A stretch of 57,405 bases of DNA, counting the filler, from an uncultured bacterium (GTDB lineage: Bacteria; Hinthialibacterota; Hinthialibacteria; Hinthialibacterales; Hinthialibacteraceae): NCBI GenBank assembly GCA_964449065.1. It is 2 parts of 2 records of this genome, joined end to end, with 100 filler letters (N's around TTAATTAATTAA, not from the genome) between each part and the next. Parts side by side here need not be neighbours in the genome. Positions count along the whole stretch, not along the records: positions 28,797 to 57,405 come from CAYVAZ010000019.1; 1 more part is not named here. One strand, 5' to 3'. The position numbers and the translations under genes are program-made. Below are positions 53,924 through 57,405 of this stretch, piece by piece (the first letter of the stretch is position 1; each line of letters starts with the position of its first letter). Under the pieces are notes generated by a model. The model saw only the letters and a program-made list of their open reading frames with translations, was not told the origin of the DNA and made no database searches.

Positions 53924-54672
53924 TTTACATCCTACTACCCGCGTATCAAGAAGCCGCCAATATCCGCGCGCTGCTGCAAGACATCGACACGGTGGAATTG
54001 CCGCAGCCGGTTCATGCCGTGGTGGTGAACGACGGCAGCACCGATGACACCGCCGGTGAAGTCAACGCTTTTGTTGGAACCGTTACCGGTACCATCACGG
54101 TTACGCTTATCAACCATGAGGCCAATCAAGGTTTGGCCGCCGCGCTGGATACCGGTATCCGCTTTATACTGGAACACGCGGAAACGGATGACTATGTCAT
54201 CTCGCTGGATGCCGACGGCTCGCATCATCCCAAATATATTGCCGATTTGGTAAAACGCTTGGATACCGGAATGGATATTGTGGTCGCTTCCCGCTATGCC
54301 GAAGGCGGTAAAGAATACGGGGTCAACCTCATCCGCACCATTCTCAGCCGGGGGGCGCGGGTGTGTTATAAACTGTTTTTGCCTCACATCCCCGTGAAAG
54401 ATTTTTCCTGCGGATTCCGGGGGATTCGTGTTCGCGTATTAAAGAAAACCGCGGAACGCTGGCGGGAGCGTTTGTTTGAGTCGCCGGGATTTTCCTGCAC
54501 GGGAGAACTGATGCTGAAGATGTGCCTGCACACGGAGCCATATAAAATTACTGAGATCCCTTTCGAACTTCACTACGAAGACAAAAAGGGTGAGAGCAAA
54601 ATGCCCGCGTTGAAGACGATTATTGGGACGCTGCAACTGCTGATACGGTCAAGAGCATGGAAAAGAGATTGA
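53920..54672 (+). CDS. Family 2 glycosyltransferase (polyprenol-phosphate glycosyltransferase-like)
   Basis: LPAYQEA, VNDGSTD, LDADGSH, DFSCGFR, GESK; GTGA overlap with recJ. Confidence 0.9.
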   Translation: MIYILLPAYQEAANIRALLQDIDTVELPQPVHAVVVNDGSTDDTAGEVNAFVGTVTGTITVTLINHEANQGLAAALDTGIRFILEHAETDDYVISLDADGSHHPKYIADLVKRLDTGMDIVVASRYAEGGKEYGVNLIRTILSRGARVCYKLFLPHIPVKDFSCGFRGIRVRVLKKTAERWRERLFESPGFSCTGELMLKMCLHTEPYKITEIPFELHYEDKKGESKMPALKTIIGTLQLLIRSRAWKRD

Positions 54673-54683
54673 CACTAAAATAA

Positions 54684-54770
54684 ACAAAAAAGTATTTACG
54701 TGTTATTTTGATGCCTGATGGAGAAACCGTTCATAACGCATTTTTCGATAGAAATTTTCGAGAGGATTAA
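54684..54770 (+). pseudogene. 3' remnant of the small toxin-like gene that usually precedes DUF2283
   Basis: Frame reads TKKYLRVILMPDGETVHNAFFDRNFRED*, bounded upstream by an in-frame TAA and ending just before the DUF2283 ATG. Confidence 0.6.
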
Positions 54771-54771
54771 A

Positions 54772-54978
54772 ATGAGAGTCAAATATTTTTCCGATACCGA
54801 TACGGCTTTGATCGAATTTTCATCGCGGACAATCTCTGAAACCAAAGAGATCAACGAAAACATCTATTTGGATTTGGACGAAAAGGGAAATCTGGTCAGC
54901 ATGACCATTGAACACGCCAAAGAACAGGCCAAAATGCCGGAACTTGATTTTCAAAATATGTCAGCAACCGGAGCATGA
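54772..54978 (+). CDS. DUF2283 domain protein (putative antitoxin)
   Basis: MRVKYFSDTDTALIEF...LDLDEKGNLVSMTIEHA; GAGG RBS. Confidence 0.85.
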   Translation: MRVKYFSDTDTALIEFSSRTISETKEINENIYLDLDEKGNLVSMTIEHAKEQAKMPELDFQNMSATGA

Positions 54979-54987
54979 ACATCCCAC

Positions 54988-55554
54988 ATGAAACGCTGCG
55001 AATGGGCCAAACACGATCTGGAGATCGACTATCACGATACCGAATGGGGCGTGCCGCTTCATGATGACCGGCTCCTCTTTGAGTTTCTCATTCTTGAAGG
55101 CGCGCAGGCGGGTCTCAGTTGGCTTACCGTCCTTAAAAAACGCGAAGCCTACCGCAAAGCCTTCGATCATTTCGATCCCCAAAAAGCCGCGCGTTATTCG
55201 CAAAAGAGGATCGATAAACTCCTTGCCAACAAGGGGTTAATTCGCAATAAGCTAAAGATAAATTCCGCCGTGCAAAACGCCCAAGCGTTCCTCAAGGTGC
55301 AGGAAGAGTTCGGCAGTTTCGATGCCTACATCTGGGATTTCGTCGATGGCAAGCCCATCGTGAACCATTGGAAATCGCTGCATGAAATCCCTGCGAAAAC
55401 TCCGCTATCTGACACCGTCAGCAAAGAGTTAAAGAAGCGGGGGTTCAACTTTGTGGGCTCCACCATTGTTTATGCCTTTATGCAGGCCACGGGAATGGTT
55501 AATGACCACATCACCCACTGCTTCCGGCATAAAGAAGTCAAAAAAATGTATTAA
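54988..55554 (+). CDS. tag: DNA-3-methyladenine glycosylase I
   Basis: RCEW, YHDTEWGVP, LEGAQAGLSW, IRNKLKI, GMVNDHITHC. Confidence 0.96.
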   Translation: MKRCEWAKHDLEIDYHDTEWGVPLHDDRLLFEFLILEGAQAGLSWLTVLKKREAYRKAFDHFDPQKAARYSQKRIDKLLANKGLIRNKLKINSAVQNAQAFLKVQEEFGSFDAYIWDFVDGKPIVNHWKSLHEIPAKTPLSDTVSKELKKRGFNFVGSTIVYAFMQATGMVNDHITHCFRHKEVKKMY

Positions 55555-55678
55555 CTGATGTTACGCAATTGATGATCTAATATTACTCACTGATGTTACG
55601 CAATCCATGATTGTCGATTGCTTAAAAAATGGTTTTTGTTGTGAGCCAACTATTCTCAGTCAAACGCAGTGTCTATCG
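55555..55678 (+). mobile_element. Two stacked family-A left ends, truncated by a 10-N gap
   Basis: ctgatgttacgca at 55555 and again at 55590; gap at 55679-55688. Confidence 0.75.
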
Positions 55679-55688
55679 NNNNNNNNNN

Positions 55689-55795
55689 CGGCGGGAGCCT
55701 CGCCCTCCCAAAACGAACATGCTATTGGCAACGACTCTAAATAATTTATAAAAGGATTATTAGAAAAATAGGGGCACGCTGCAGCGTGCCCCTAC
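55689..55795. repeat. REP-like hairpins
   Basis: cggcgggagcctcgccctccc (related copies near 29326, 47837, 50661) and taggggcacgctgcagcgtgcccctac palindrome. Confidence 0.7.
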
Positions 55796-55837
55796 GGGTT
55801 GTATAAATCCATTTACAATACGTTTCGATATAGATAA

Positions 55838-56111
55838 CTGATGTTACGCAATTGATGATCTAATATTGCTAAAAAAGGGGTTTGTTAAAGACCAAATTTT
55901 CTAAATCAAACGCAAGGTCTATCGTCTTCTCCCTTTGGGAGAAGATAAGAGATGAGGGCGAAGAGAGTGATTGCTCCCTGTGATACAATAGCGTACTGAG
56001 AGGCTTTTGTCTCCATAACCCCTCACCCCGACCCTCTCCCAGTGGGCGAGGGCGATCGTTTCAGCGATTGACTAAAATAACAAGCATATCGTAACGAATG
56101 CGTAACATCAG
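55838..56111 (+). mobile_element. MITE family A, best-preserved copy
   Basis: Perfect 13-bp TIR CTGATGTTACGCA / TGCGTAACATCAG flanked by TAGATAA on both sides. Confidence 0.92.
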
Positions 56112-56119
56112 TAGATAAT

Positions 56120-56677
56120 TTACCAGTCGATATAACCCAGCTCAACCAACTTATCGATGATCTTTTGCGCGGATTGTTCCGGAGTTTCTTCGTGAGTATT
56201 GCAAACCACTTCGGGGTTGGCAGGTTCTTCATACGGATCGGAGATGCCGGTAAATTCTTTAATTTCTCCAGCCCGGGCTTTTTTGTACAAGCCTTTCACG
56301 TCGCGTTCTTCACAGACCTCGAGAGGCGCGTTGGCGAATACTTCCACAAAATTGCCGATCCGTTCGCGGTTTTCATCGCGGATGGCGCGGTAGGGTGATA
56401 TGGCGGCGGCAATGGCAACAACGCCGTTGCGGGTGAGTAAATCACACACAAATCCAATCCGGCGGATGTTGATGTCGCGGTCTTCCTTGCTGAATCCCAA
56501 CCCTTTGCTTAAGTTGGTGCGGACAACATCTCCGTCTAAAATTTCATGTTTGACCCAGCGTTTCTTAAGCATTTCGGTGAGTTCAGCAGTGATGGTCGAT
56601 TTTCCGGATCCGGATAATCCGGTAAACCAAATGGTAACCCCGCGGTAATTGCATGGTTTTTCTGATGCGTCAGTCAT
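56120..56677 (-). CDS. cysC: Adenylyl-sulfate kinase
   Basis: [35 protein letters not shown]; start moved to ATG 56677. Confidence 0.96.
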   Translation of the reverse strand: MTDASEKPCNYRGVTIWFTGLSGSGKSTITAELTEMLKKRWVKHEILDGDVVRTNLSKGLGFSKEDRDINIRRIGFVCDLLTRNGVVAIAAAISPYRAIRDENRERIGNFVEVFANAPLEVCEERDVKGLYKKARAGEIKEFTGISDPYEEPANPEVVCNTHEETPEQSAQKIIDKLVELGYIDW

Positions 56678-56801
56678 TCCTCTATCCTTTCTCTTATACA
56701 ATATATCTTAATATCTTTTGGGAAAACGCATATTCTACAAAGAAGCTAGATATTCTCAAGGATAGAGAATCATCAATGGTATTATTCTTCGCGGCAGGGA
56801 A

Positions 56802-57251
56802 TTAGATTTGATACAACGCCGGTTTTAAATTCGCGTTGCGCTGGGCCAGTTCTTCAAATGAGATGCCATCAATCACGGATTCAATTGCATGACGCACATC
56901 GTCCCAGACCGGTGTTAAGACGCAATTACCATGATGGGCGCATTCGCAGGCGGATTCACTGGAAGGCACCGTGCATTTGAATGGCAACAAAGGCCCGTCG
57001 ATCAAGCGGATTACTTCACCCAAGCTGATGTCATTTGCCACACGTGATAAGCGGTACCCTCCCCCCGCGCCCCGGCGGCTTTCCACCAAATTCGCCCGTT
57101 TGAGTTCCAGTAGAATCTGAACCAAAAACGGATGAGGGATGCACTGTTCCGTCGATATTTGTTCGAGGGTACGGACATCATCGCTGTCGTAATGCTTGGC
57201 AAGATCCAACATAGCCAGAATTGCGTATTCACCCTTGGCTGAAATTTTCAT
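56802..57251 (-). CDS. Rrf2 family transcriptional regulator with C-terminal Cys cluster
   Basis: MKISAKGEYAILAM, SRRGAGGGY, C...C.C.....C; GAGGAG RBS. Confidence 0.92.
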   Translation of the reverse strand: MKISAKGEYAILAMLDLAKHYDSDDVRTLEQISTEQCIPHPFLVQILLELKRANLVESRRGAGGGYRLSRVANDISLGEVIRLIDGPLLPFKCTVPSSESACECAHHGNCVLTPVWDDVRHAIESVIDGISFEELAQRNANLKPALYQI

Positions 57252-57353
57252 CGCTGCACTCCTCTGGCGGGAATAATTCCTTTATTGATAAGTAAGGTCG
57301 AAATAAAGTATACTTGTTAATCCGAAATTCCACAAGCATAATATTCTAACTAA

Positions 57354-57405
57354 CTCACGTTACGCACTACATTATGATATGCCCATTTTTCTAATCGTTC
57401 GCTGA
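57354..57405 (-). mobile_element. End of another family-A MITE, cut by the window edge
   Basis: ctcacgttacgca...ctaatcgttcgctga matches the reverse complement of the 9631-9891 right end. Confidence 0.75.

Noticed and set aside
9462..57405. CRISPR array suggested by recurring palindromic repeats
   Set aside because: Repeats are dispersed, long and nested, with no regular repeat-spacer period and no cas genes

Overview
Bacterial DNA that is very probably two contigs joined by an artificial 100-bp linker (N44-TTAATTAATTAA-N44 at 28697-28796); both halves share the same intergenic repeat families, so they likely come from one genome. Left half: gltBD, secA, hisS, a secreted tandem CBM9/DOMON-like protein, a 13.6-kb alternative complex III (actABCDEFG) + Sco + caa3-type (A2) cytochrome c oxidase operon, and ahpCD with an OxyR-type box. 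Right half: hypothetical genes, a pseudopilin-like gene, hpnCDE, a cysteine desulfurase, a sigma54 response regulator, a GspG-like small protein, a 1008-aa RRE/pseudo-M50/cNMP-binding membrane protein, a dual-specificity phosphatase, an FG-GAP protein, PilZ, LysM-M23, nagB, recJ, GT2, an orphan DUF2283 gene behind a truncated toxin-like remnant, tag, cysC and an Rrf2 regulator. Most notable: (1) two unrelated proteins end in the same G-x-T-x-[IV]-x-x-W-S-L-Y C-terminus, a candidate sorting signal; (2) the RRE-pseudopeptidase-cNMP receptor-like protein; (3) several nested MITE families (one with clear 7-bp target duplications) carrying REP-like hairpins as cargo. The pseudopilin style and WxLY termini recall Sumerlaeota/Hinthialibacterota (BRC1/OLB16), but this is recollection and was not checked. 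All calls are by eye; no database searches were run.
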